A stretch of DNA of 64,000 nt from the human T2T-CHM13v2.0 reference genome, Homo sapiens, in the NCBI RefSeq assembly GCF_009914755.1, contig NC_060938.1; one strand, given 5' to 3'. A program made the translations under genes and the position numbers. Below, one piece after another: positions 1 through 16,151 of the stretch (positions within the stretch are counted from its first letter, which is position 1; every line of letters starts with the position of its first letter). The notes beneath the pieces were generated by a model. It was not told the DNA's origin, searched no databases, and saw only the letters and a list, made by a program, of their open reading frames with translations.

Positions 1-113
1 ACATTTTCTGGAGGGAATGCATTATAATAAGCCAGTAAAAATCTGGTCTCTTCCCCATTTATGAGCCTATATATATAAAACCACAAACAAGACTTAAAAC
101 ATGAACTGGTTAT

Positions 114-447
<334 letters not shown>

Positions 448-734
448 CTACATACAAAGCATACATGTAAAATCAAGCAAGCTAACTTATAATATCAAGA
501 AAGCTAACTTATAGGTGGAAGACAAGATACATATGAAACGGGAGTGGAAATTTGGGCAAGGAGAATCATTCACTGTGAGAAGAGCAGGTTTCAGGAGTCG
601 CTTAAATGATGGGGAAGTGAGTGATGGCATTATCACTGGGGAGGAAATGGGGGAGATCAAAGGATGTTTTATTCTGTGGCATGGAGGACTGGGAAGGATT
701 CCAAAAATAATAATGGATTTGCTTTTACTTGTAG

Positions 735-862
735 AAATAGATGATGAATTCATCAAAAACTTGAAAATACTGATTCCTTGGCTACTTAGTCCCGAGAGCC
801 TAGATATTAAAGAGATCAATGGGAATAAAATCACCTGCCGGGGTCTGGTGGAGTACTTCAAG
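735..862 (+). CDS. ATL1: Atlastin-1 internal coding exon (usually numbered exon 9), end of GTPase domain
   Basis: ttgtag|AA ATA GAT...TTC AAG|gtatca, 128 nt. Encodes (E)[42 protein letters not shown], matching ATL1. Confidence 0.98.
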
Positions 863-1338
863 GTATCACTCTCATTTCTAGAGCATTCGTGGGATAGATT
901 TGACATATATTGGATCGTAATTCCTATAAACAAAAATTATAGACCCGATAATATGGGAGCAAAGGTACGAGGAATCTATAAAAAGGATTTTAAAAATCCT
1001 TTCTAAAAAGCTTTTTCAAAACCTTTCAGAAAGCTTACTTTCTGAAATTATTCTTTTGAGGAAACTACATATAGGTAACATTATTGTCCCCTTTTATCTT
1101 GAGGGAACTGTATTTTGAAATATGAATGTAAGAGTTGGAAAAGTCTTTTGGGGGGATGGGGTGTTTCCCAGGGTCCATGGTCTATTCTGAATTTTACCTT
1201 CATAATTCTGAAGATTTTCCCCAAGGGGATACCTTCCTACTGAAGAAAATACTTCCCCATTTCTTACTCTCTGCACCAAGAGCCAATATGAAGTGGAATT
1301 ATTTTAAATTTGCATTTACCTGTTTACCTTCCTTAGAT

Positions 1339-1378
1339 AGCACTGAATACTTTTTACCAGCACTGAATACTTTTTACC
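1339..1378. repeat. Perfect 20-bp tandem duplication
   Basis: agcactgaatactttttacc x2. Confidence 0.95.
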
Positions 1379-1978
1379 AACCCGTATATATCCTGGAGAA
1401 TTTCAGTTACCAACCCAATTGTGGACTGATGCTCCAAGGACTAAAATATCAATTTTTAAAATTCATGTTTTGTCATTTAATATGCTATCATATAGGTTCT
1501 GTGTGATCTGTTTACCTTCATGATTGTCAGCAATAAATGCCATGTTATTAATCTAAAATATGAATTTTTACTGCGTGTAACACTGTGGAGGTGCTTACAA
1601 TTTGGTAGGAGATTCAGGACCTTCACAAGGGTCTGTTCCATAAAGCTTATGACATCAGCAGGGTACAGATTCCTGCGGGTAACTGAAAAGGGCGTTACTC
1701 CCGGCAGAGGGGTCTAAGAACATTTTAAAGGGAGTGGCATTGAGTTGAGCCTTTAAGAAGGGCCAGATTGGCAGACAGAGATGTTTGAAAAAGGCATTTC
1801 AGGAAAGGGAAACAACATGAACTAAGAAAAAAGGGAATTTAAGTATGAGAAAGATAAAATAGTTATAAGTTCCTGAAAATATTTTTTGAAATGTCAAGAA
1901 CTTAGAATGCAATTTCATAGAATTAGAGGAAATATTGAATGGAATTGCTTGAACATGAATCTTTTTCTTTTTTTTTAG

Positions 1979-2074
<96 letters not shown>

Positions 2075-2381
2075 TAAGGCTAAGATTTCTGGCTGTCAGA
2101 AATAACCAAATAACAATATTAGACAGAATAATTTATTGGAAGATTATTTGCCTAATAACTTTACCTATTTATGTGTTCATCTAAACATGTTTCACATAAA
2201 CATATTGCAGCCTCACTTGTGTTGAGACACAAACACTTTATACCAAAGGGTTTTCATTCTCTTTGCACTAAATTTGTTTAGAACAGTCTTCTATTATGAT
2301 TTAGATTCACACATGTAACACACAGTAGAAAAGCAGGTGCAAGTTTTAAAAAACTAGTCTCCACAAACATTTTTTTAAAAT

Positions 2382-2505
2382 GAGCCAGGCACGGTGGCAT
2401 GTGCCTGTAGGACCAGCTACTCAGGAGGCTGAGGCAGGAGGATCACTTGAGCCCAGGAGTTTGAGTCCAGCCTGGGCAACATAGTGAGACCTCATATCTA
2501 AAAAA
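2382..2505 (+). mobile_element. FLAM (free Alu monomer)
   Basis: Single monomer ending cctgggcaacatagtgagacc plus A tail. Confidence 0.85.
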
Positions 2506-2521
2506 TAAGTCAATAAATTTT

Positions 2522-2942
<421 letters not shown>

Positions 2943-3240
2943 TTAGATATATGTGTGTATTTTAGTATTTATAAAATGTACTATGTATTATTCCCCATGA
3001 GTTTGGGTTTATGATTTTTTTCTTCCCAGCATTTAATGGCAGGCTAAAAAATATTTTTTGAGAGGAAAACTCTTCCAAATGAAAATTCATTTTAGAAGTA
3101 TTGTGTATTGAGTAAAAATCTGTTTATGCATTTTTGAAACTTTTTTACTACTTTTTAAAATGTAGTAGAAATATTATAACAGTTTTAAATTATTTTGAGG
3201 ACTTTGGTTTCTTGCACATTTCTTGCACATGATGCTCTGA

Positions 3241-3495
<255 letters not shown>

Positions 3496-3904
3496 TGACT
3501 TTTTCCTCAGCCTGTATCACGTCTATTTATTATATTCCTGAAATATTTTTAAAAACATTGTGTGCACAATTTTGAAGGCATTTTAAATGAATTGCCTCTC
3601 TCTGTAATATATCCCTATTCACATATTTGGGGGGAGCGCCAGGTCTTTCCACTATTTATAAAATCTAGTAGCCAAAATAGCATGTGGTACCCTCGCCACT
3701 ACACCTCCTTATATTCCACAATTTTGGTATTTCTCTTAAAGATTAAACCTTTTAGGAAAAAAAAAACAAAAACCCTAAGGGCCATTATTTCTATTTATTA
3801 CATTTCCTCATTTTAATACTCCAAATTAGGATGGATCTAATAATTATTGTGTATATGTACTACTGTGATAGATATTATTTTCTCTTGAAAATGTTATGAA
3901 ATTA

Positions 3905-4399
<495 letters not shown>

Positions 4400-4781
4400 C
4401 TATGTGAAGCAAGTCTATTGACGCCCTTTCTCCAACAGCAAGTGCTCACTTCATGCCTGTGTCACATTTTGGTAATTCTCACAATTTTTCAAACTTTTTC
4501 ATTATTATTATATCTGTTATGGCAACCTGTGATCAGTGAGTGCTGATGTTACTATTGTAATTGTTTCAGAGTGCCATTAACTGTGCTGTTATAAGATGGT
4601 GAACTTAATCGATAAATGTGTTTTCTGACTGCTCCATCAACCAGCAGTTCCCCCATCCCTCCCTCTCTGCAGTCCTTTCTTTTACCTGAGGCACAACAAT
4701 ATTGAAAATAGGCCAATTAATAACCCCACAATGGCCTTTAAGTGTTGAAGTTCAAAGAGACACATCTCTCACTTTAAATCA

Positions 4782-5297
<516 letters not shown>

Positions 5298-5772
5298 TTA
5301 GTTTGGATAGAAAATCAAAACAGCCACAACATGCCCTTAAGCCAAAGCCTAATCCAGAGCAAGGCCCTAACTCTGTTCAATTCTATGAATGCTGAAAGAG
5401 TTGGTAAAGATGCAGAAGAAAAGTTGGAAGCTAGCAGAGGTTTTTGGTTCATGAGGTTTAAGAAGCCATCTCCGTAACATAAAGTGCAAGGTGAAGCAGC
5501 AAATCTTGATGTAGAAGCTACAGCAAGTTATCCAGAAGATCTACCTGAGATCATTGATGAAGGTGGCCACGGTAAACAGAGATTTTCAATATGGATGAAA
5601 TAGTCTTCTATTGGAAGATGCCATCCAGGACTTTCCCAGCTAGAGAGGAGAGGTCAATGCCTGGCTTCAAAGCTTGGAAGAACAGGCTGACTTTCTTGTA
5701 GCTGGTGACTTTAAGTCGAACCCAGTGTTCATTTACCACTCCCCAAATTCTAGGCACTTAAGAATCATGCTA

Positions 5773-6060
5773 GGCCGGGCACGATGGCTCACACCTGCAC
5801 TTTGGGAGGCCCAACACTTTGGGAGGCCGAGGTGGGTGGATCACGAGGTCAGATAGAGACCACGGTAAAACCCCGTCTCTACTAAAAATACAAAAAATTA
5901 GCCGGGCGCAGAGGCGGGCACCTGTAGTCCCAGGTACTCAGGAGGCTGAGGCAGGAGAAGGGCGTGAACCCAAGAGGCAGAGTTTGCAATGAGTCGAGAT
6001 CACACCACCAGCCTGGGTGACAGAGTGAGACCCGTCTCAAAAAAAAAAAAGAAAAAAAAA
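5773..6060 (+). mobile_element. AluY-lineage element with 12-bp left-arm deletion (Yd/Yc type), nested in Tigger1
   Basis: gagaccacggtaaaacccc lacks tcctggctaaca; TSD aatcatgcta. Confidence 0.8.
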
Positions 6061-6759
6061 ATCATGCTATACCTACTCGTTTGTGCGCTATTAATGGAAG
6101 AACAGCGCCTATGTAACAGTACAGCTGTTTACAGCATGGGTTACTGAATACTTTAAGCCCACTGTTCAGACCTACAAAGAAAGATTCCTTTCAAAATATT
6201 ACTGCTCGTTGGCAATGACCTTATTCATCAAAGAGCGCTGATGGAGATGTATTTAAGGAAATTAATGTTTTCATGCCTGCTAACACAATATCCATTCTAC
6301 AGCCCAGGATCAAGGAGTAATTTTGACTTTCAAAAGTTAATAAGAAATACATTTTGTAAGGCTATAGCTGCCATAGATAGTGATTCTTTTGATGGATCTG
6401 GGCAAAGTACATTGAAAACCTTCCAGGAGAAATTCACCATTCTGGATGCCATGAAGAGAATCTGTGGTTTATAGGAGGCAAAAATATCAACAAGAATGTG
6501 GAAAAAGTTGATACCAACCCTTCTGGATGACTTTGAGAGGGGTCCAAGACTTCAGTGGAGGAAGGAAGTGCATGTGTGGTGCAAACAGCAAGAGAACTTA
6601 AAAGTGGAGCCTGAAGATGTGACTCAATTTTGTATTCTCTTAACGGATAAGGAGTTGCTTCCTATGGATAAGCAAAGACAGTGGTTTCTGGAGATGGAAT
6701 CTACTCCTAGCGAAGATGCTGTGAACAGTGTTGAAATGACAACAAAGGGTTTAGAATAT

Positions 6760-7055
6760 TTTTTATTGGTACATAATAGATGTACATATTTTTGGAGTAC
6801 ATATGATAAATTGATACATCCATATAATGTGTAAAGATCAAATCAGGGAAAGTGTGGTATTTATCACCTTAATATTTCTTTATGCTAGGAACATTCGAAT
6901 TATTCTCTTCTGGCCATTTTGAAATGTACAGTAGATTATTGCTAATTACAGTCACCCTACTGAGCTATTGAACACTGTCTTATTTCTTCTAACTGCTTTA
7001 TTTGTACCCATTAATCAACCTCTCTTCATCCCCTTCCCCCTACTCTTTTCCTTTC
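6760..7055 (-). mobile_element. L1MA-type 3' end nested in Tigger1
   Basis: tttttattggtacataatagatgtacatatt...gtacccattaatcaacctctc, a typical antisense L1 3' UTR. Confidence 0.75.
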
Positions 7056-8110
7056 CAGGGCTTTAAAATATGAAATAAAGTTAGTTGATAAAGCATTGGC
7101 AGGGTTAGAGAGGATTGACTCCAATTTTTAAAGAAGTTCTACTATGAGTAAAATGCTGTCAAACGGCATCCCAGGCTACAGAGAAATCTTTCATGAAAGG
7201 AAGTCTATCAATATGGCAAACTTTACTGTTGTCATATTTTAAGAAATTGCCACAGCCACCTCAACCTTCAGCAACACCACCCTAATCAGTCAGCAGCCAT
7301 CGACATCGAGGCAAGAGCCTCCACCAGCAAAAAGATTGATGTGCTGAAGGCTCAGATGATCCTTAGCATTTTTTGCAATAAAGTGTTCTTAAATTATGTA
7401 CATGGTTTTTAGATATGCTACTGCACACTTTACTAGACTGCTACATAATGTAAACATAACTTTTACATGAATTAGGAAATAAAAAAAATCATGTGACTTG
7501 CTTATTGCAGTGGTCTGGAACCAAACATGTATTATCTCTGAGGCATGCCTGTAACCAAAGTGAATGGTATGGTTAACTGAGATTACCCTTGTAACTTTTC
7601 AAAAAATTGAAAATGTTATTCAAGAACATTTAATATACTCCTAACTTAGTTTCTGGAAGAAAATACTCAATTGGCTCCATTCAAATAAAAATCAGTAAAA
7701 CTGCTAAAGAATGTATTTCACAGTTTACTTTGAGAGCTTTATAGCATTGATCATTGTTTATTAAACCTCATTGGTTAACATGACTTCAGTGTAGTTAGAT
7801 TTCCTAGAATTTGGATATATGTAGTTTTCTTAGATTTGGATTCATTCTGTGAATGAACTCAGTTTGCACTTCATGTTGTGTCACACGTCTTTTCATCTTG
7901 AAGGACTTGGATTAAGTGATAAATATTATTTTCCATGTCAAAAAGAGAAAAATTTAAAATGATTTTAAGCCACCTATAAAATACCAGTCCCATTTATAGT
8001 CATGCCTCGTGGATAGGGGGTGGAAAGATGTGGGCTGACAAAACATATATGCAGGCTCCTGATTATTAACGTATTCTAACAAACTCAACTAGCTAAGTGA
8101 AAAATTTTGA

Positions 8111-8623
<513 letters not shown>

Positions 8624-8850
8624 TAAATTCAGCACACATTTGAATGTCATCCATGTGCCAGCCACTGCATTAGATGTTGGAAATACAGATCAACAGGAAT
8701 TGGGCCCCAGTCATCAAGAATGTTATGACCTGCCCAGATACAAGCAACTAACTATATAATACTGTGTAAAATGTGAAGTCCTACACAACTATTTTCCAGT
8801 TAACATTTCAGCATTTAAAAAAATATACATCAGTTTAGTAGTATATATAC

Positions 8851-9149
<299 letters not shown>

Positions 9150-9436
9150 TACTTTTTATTATTCTAAAAATGTTATATCTATTAAAAGTTGTAAGAGAAA
9201 ACAGCTTTTATTTAGCTAATTATGACTTGTGTTAACATTATCTCATATTTACAACCTATGATTTGATTAGCATTAGCTTTGTTAGGAGCTATCTGAACCA
9301 CTATCATAAGTTGTCATATCATTCTCTTTTTTAGTTAAAAACTTCCAAAAGCAGTATCAGATTACTTCAGATTGTCTCTGTACCTGTAGGCAGCAGGTAA
9401 TAGCTACAATTCTTCCAGCATTAAGAACATACTTAT

Positions 9437-9740
<304 letters not shown>

Positions 9741-10140
9741 CTACTTATATATACTTTATAACATAATTGTAACGTGCCTTTGAAGGATCTAGCTGAGATA
9801 AACTAGTGGTAGCACAATGGGAAATGAATGAAGTAAAAACTGGATCCTCTGAGCCACTTTCTGAAATAGTCCCTCAACCACAAAAGATTTAAGAGGGGTT
9901 GAGGTCAATGTCAAAACCCTCCTAGACTTATGTTATGCTAAAACCTATGAGGAATACAGAATTGAGTTCTTCAAAGATTCTGATAAAATATGTAATCTAA
10001 ACTGAAAAATCTGCAGGAGTATCTGTTCTGTTCTTAAATGCTCACAAATTAATATTGTAAGCAAAGTTGAATATTATAATGCTGTTAATAAAGCAGGATA
10101 TATACTTTTCTTTTTTCTTTTTAATCTGCCTTTGCCACAG

Positions 10141-10155
10141 GGAAGTACAAATGAG
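10141..10155 (+). CDS. ATL1: Atlastin-1 15-nt cassette microexon (exon 13), GSTNE
   Basis: Long pyrimidine tract, ccacag|GGA AGT ACA AAT GAG|gtaagt. Frame-preserving; accounts for the 558 vs 553 aa isoforms. Confidence 0.95.
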
Positions 10156-11122
10156 GTAAGTTAAATTTTTTAAAATTCAGAGCTATGTATGTGTAAACAT
10201 TATGATATTATTTTATAAACTGACTAAGCCATTAAAAGATGTCTTTATGTAGATTAGAACAATCTTTGGTGACTTCTAACATTTAAATTTGTAATTGTGA
10301 ATTTTTAACATGGTCTTAAAATATTTAACTTTTTCTAGACATCATGTATGATTTGATCTACACACACACAAAAACTAAGAATTGAATATCATCAGTATTT
10401 GTTTCATGAATGTGTAGAAAACTTCAAAATTCTTAAGCTCTGAAATGGTGGACTCTGCTGTACTGCAGAGTAAAGCAAGCAGTTATGAAACCTGAGGAAA
10501 TGTAACTACTGGAGGGTATTTATTTAAATGTAGCTACAACCTTTAGAAGTTGTTTTCAACTTTGGCTTTTGACTGACAGTAATACATACCACTTTAAGCA
10601 GGGCCCAGGCCAGTATGTATTCTTTCTTGGCAGACCTCAGGCCTGACCTGTAAATTAGTGTTCATTTCTCCTACCGCACATGTGCAACACTACATATCTC
10701 AGAAAAGACTCTAGGCATCCACGAAGGAATCATCTGTTACACTAAGAAAAATTACCACTCTGGAATCATTTAGGTCATTATCTTCAGGAAGCAAAGCTGA
10801 TCTTGAACAACTATAGAGATAATTCTTTCCTCAGTTTCTACTGTGGCATATAATTGGATTATGTCCTCGAATCAAATACCATTTACTATTTACAAGTCAA
10901 TAAGAAGTTATTTTATGCAAAATTCAGTAAGCAAGTTCATTAAAAAAGCAAAAGCAAATTTCAACTTTGTAAATCAAAGCTTAAGAAAAAATATAAGAGA
11001 ATTAGAATTAAATTGAATGCCTTAGAATCAGAATATAATGGAAAACAATACTATGTTGCACCAATATACATTCACAGATCTGAAGATGGTACCATACAGA
11101 CGTAATGCCATAAGAAAATCAA

Positions 11123-11513
<391 letters not shown>

Positions 11514-12373
11514 TTAAAGGATCTCAAGCTTTTATGCAGCTTTTAAAAATATTCAAAGACTCTTTACGAACTCCAGAACTAAATCAGACAAGTCATTTGT
11601 AACTGACTGTCAAGTATGTGAAAGTCAGAGGAGGGGATGAAATCTTAGACACTAGCTAACGGGGCCAGGAAACAAAGATATCTATGAACACTTATATAAA
11701 GCAATATACAATACACAGAGATTCCTATGATTCAAACATCATTAAAAACCCACAGAGAACAATAAGAGGTAGTTTTAAATGAGGAAAGCTTGCTGAGGTA
11801 ATGTTTTTGAATAAGGTTTGTAAGATATTAGCTAAGTCACGGAAACAAGGCAAGAGCGTGTAAAGTGAAGGATCCTACTGTGCTGGGGGAAGGACACCAT
11901 ATGTGCTTAGCTGCATGACTGTATCAGTAAATGATGGAGAATAAAATTGGCCCCACTCAGGAAAACACTGGAAGCCCAGAAAGCAAGTAGCCTAGCTATG
12001 CATAATAGTTACTGCCAATCAGAAGTTATGAGGTCTTACAATTCATCTAAAACTGCTAATATTCACAATTTGAATTTTCAGCACACCCCTGGGGCAAAGT
12101 AGAAGCTCACTGCTCCAAGAGGTATGCAAGGTAAAAGGAAACACAGTTTGAGAATAAAACATTCACCACACAGGTCAACACACAAAAGTGTTAATGCACA
12201 CATTGAGGAGTTGAAAATACTTTTGAATTTTAAGATAATAATTTATATATCGATTAAAAAAGATTTCAAATTCAACATGCTAAATTTTATACAGTACGAT
12301 AAACTAAAAAGGAAAAAATTTTACATCTGTGTGTTTAATAAAATGTTTTATAATTTTGATGCTTTTATTCTAG

Positions 12374-12484
<111 letters not shown>

Positions 12485-13212
12485 TGCAAATTTTAAGAAA
12501 TACAGGTGCATGACCAATTGTCAATTAAATATTCAGTTTTATGTCTCCATGCAAACATTCAAAGTGCTTCCATCAGAACGGAGTAAAATACTAAACACCT
12601 CTGAAGACTGCAAACTGGATTAGTTCTTTTACTTCAGTGTTTAATAAGCAGATGTATGTATGCATGGTTATACTATTTTGTTAACATGTACAATTTCCTG
12701 ATTTTTCTTCAAAAATGCTGTTATAAAGTATTTGTCTATTTATGATAACAGTACACGTGTTCTGCTTGAATTTACTAAATTCTACTACTGGGTTATAATT
12801 AAATCATGTGATATTCCACGTTTGGATATGCTCATTTAATTTCTACAGAAAAAATTTTAAATTATTTCACATTAGCCATTTGTTAAAACACAGCATCATA
12901 ACTCAGCAGGCTGGATTTAATCTGTATCATCTTATATATATCACAATCTTATTTTTAAGCACATTTTAGAGTTCCTTAGTTGCTTTATCAAAAACCAGAT
13001 ATTGCTTTTACATGGTTTAATAGAATATAAACCTCTTGATAAAAAATGCACAAAAAATCACTTTGTATATGTGAGTTTCACTGCATTGTATATTTTTTCA
13101 TTTGGTACACAAAGAATGTATTCTTCATAGGTTTATTCTTTTAATATGTGAACTATTATTAAAGTTTACTCTGGTTCCTAAGATTAAAAACAAATGCTTA
13201 CTGAATTTGAAA
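12485..13212 (+). other. ATL1: ATL1 3' UTR
   Basis: AT-rich, repeat-free sequence after the stop codon, ending after two ATTAAA hexamers. The 3' end is approximate. Confidence 0.8.
13158..13188 (+). terminator. ATL1: ATL1 polyadenylation signals (ATTAAA x2)
   Basis: ATTAAA at 13158-13163 and 13183-13188, with upstream TGTA elements. Confidence 0.7.
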
Positions 13213-13799
13213 ATGAGAGGTGCTGATATAGAATGATGAAGGTTTATCTCTTTTTTTAGACTCAAGATGCATTTTATTTAATGTTGACATCAGTACAAAC
13301 TTAAGTTTCTATTTTACAAAACATGCTAATTCCTTTAGGTAACTTCTAGTTCTTAATGACTAAAATCTCTAGTGGAGTTTCACTGAACAGACTTCTTAGA
13401 GGAAGAAGGAAAGTGTGTTAATGAAAAAAGTAATACTTATCTAGGAGGTCCAAAACAGAGAAACTTCTAAAGACTGTCACAGAAATGGCTACACCATAAT
13501 TAAGTAGCGATATAAAGTAAGAAGTGACAGGAAAGAACAATTAAGATAGAGGAGTGTGGGAGTTCATAAGATATATATACTGACATCTTAGAAAAGTCTG
13601 ATCACAAGTTCAGCAAATTATCTTTTCCCAGTGATAAAATTCCACTAGCCACACTTTCATTTTTCAATACCCCTTTTCATTACCCCTTTCAATTATATTG
13701 ATTCCTTTGTCTATGGCCTTTTGAACAGAAAAATGAAATACAGCACTATGTCTAAAACATGGACTCAAAAACCACGCGCTTAGTTTCCACAAAAATATA

Positions 13800-13805
13800 T
13801 TTAAT
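13800..13805 (-). terminator. SAV1: SAV1 distal poly(A) signal ATTAAA
   Basis: tttaat on +; downstream on - reads ...gcgcgtggtttttgagtccatgttttag. Confidence 0.6.
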
Positions 13806-14477
13806 AAGCTTGTTATATAAAATCAAACACTTAACATTGTCAACATTTCTTCAGTTATTCAAACTCACTGATATCTAACTGGGAGTAGTTTGTATTCTGG
13901 AAGACTTCCTAAGCTAAAAGTATATTTACATATTTACAACACATGTAAATATAACTGAAGAACTACTTCAAATAATGTTGAAATTCACAGAATTCTAGAG
14001 ATTTATAGTTATAGTTTAGAAGTATCACCAATTTGTTTGCAATCAAATGTACAGCACTAATTATGAAAAATGTTTTAACTATTAAACCAAAAGGGGAGAA
14101 AAACTGGGAGGGAAATATATGGTGTTAAAGTCCTGTGATAAATACTTAGAAAATTAAAAAGTAATAATATACATTCGATTTAATGACCAAAAATTTTTTT
14201 TGAATCCCTGGTTGTCATTTTTGGTAGCTTAACCCAGTCTGTCAGAAGGCAGTATGCTATGCTGTCAGGAACTCTCCACTGCCTCGTCAGAGCCATGCTA
14301 AATGCAGTAACAGCACTGGCTGAAAATAAGGAAGATGATGTTAGCAACTTTGAGTTTCACGCACCTTCCCAATACAGGCTAAGTATTCCTGCTTATATGT
14401 ATTCCTGAAAGATTAAAAGGCCCGTCACCCATTCATACCAAAAAATACTTTCTCAACATGCTTTAAAAGGATTCCTT

Positions 14478-14838
<361 letters not shown>

Positions 14839-15240
14839 TAAATATTTATCACAATAAGGTTCCAAATCCTATTTTATATTTCAACTACATCATGGTAATA
14901 TTTAAACCATCCCTTTCCAGACAATATTTCACACTACAGCAGTAAACTTTTTTTTAAAAAAAATACCGCAGATTCTTTTTTTTTTTTAAAGAAGGTACTA
15001 CTGCTGTAAGAAGTTAACAAGTAATAATTTCCTATTTAACATCTGTTCATAATGACATTTCCGCTGCATTTTTTTCCATCAAGAATACCAAAACAGTTTC
15101 CTAATATACAGTATTTGAAAGTGTTTGCCATATTGGCTCTTAAAATGATAGACTAATTTTTCTCATTCAATAAAAGAAAATTTCTAATAACAAAATACAT
15201 GTAAAGTTAGAATTTTATAATTTCCACAAAGGAAGCAGCA

Positions 15241-15246
15241 TTTATT
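15241..15246 (-). terminator. SAV1: Candidate SAV1 proximal poly(A) signal AATAAA
   Basis: tttatt on +, about 80 nt past the stop codon, with T-rich sequence downstream on -. Confidence 0.5.
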
Positions 15247-15327
15247 AACCAGAGTACTTGTTTGCAATTTTTTATCTGTGAAAATATTTTAAAGCTCTTA
15301 CAAAACTTAAATTTTTAAAAAATCAGC

Positions 15328-15529
15328 TCAAAAATTTTTTCCATGTTGTTGGGCATACCACTGCTGTCTCTGCTTTCGGTTTTCCAACTCTGTAAGAAGG
15401 GCTTGTCTGTATGCTTCATACATTTTAACAATCTGCTCCAATTCTTTCATGAAGAGCAACTTTAGCATTCCCTGGTATGTATCCAGGTCAGCCAGCTGGA
15501 AGAGTTCCCACTTCAGAATGTGGTCATAT
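15328..15529 (-). CDS. SAV1: SAV1 exon 5, SARAH coiled coil and stop
   Basis: aaacag|A TAT GAC CAC...AAT TTT TGA, 202 nt, YDHILKWELFQLADLDTYQGMLKLLFMKELEQIVKMYEAYRQALLTELENRKQRQQWYAQQHGKNF*. Confidence 0.98.
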
Positions 15530-15663
15530 CTGTTTTAAAACACAATCATATATATGTTCACAACACATACATAAACATGTATTTCTAGCAAGAAACTAGT
15601 CTGTTTTTTAAAATGTCAACTTTATTTATAACTAAACAAACCATAAGTTTTAATTAAAAATAA

Positions 15664-15808
15664 CTGGGCACAGTGGTGGCGCCTATTATAGTCCCAGCTA
15701 CTTGGGAGGCTGAGGTGGGAGGCTGAGGTGGGAGGACTGCTTGTGCCCAAGAGTTTGAGGCCAGCCTGGGCAACATAGCAAGACCCTGTTTCTAAAAATA
15801 AATAAATC
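15664..15808 (+). mobile_element. FLAM monomer with a short internal duplication
   Basis: ggaggctgaggtg repeated twice; A-rich tail. Confidence 0.8.
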
Positions 15809-15834
15809 AGTTTTTTAAAAATCTGAGTTATTAA

Positions 15835-16151
<317 letters not shown>

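Noticed and set aside
6241-6834. Transposase-like ORFs as a domesticated TIGD-type gene
   Set aside because: They are fragmented by stops, frameshifts and an L1 insertion.
10740-11100. Unclassified A-rich stretch in ATL1 intron 13 that might be a pseudogene or old transposon fragment
   Set aside because: No recognisable ORF or consensus match by eye; a BLAST/Dfam search would be needed.
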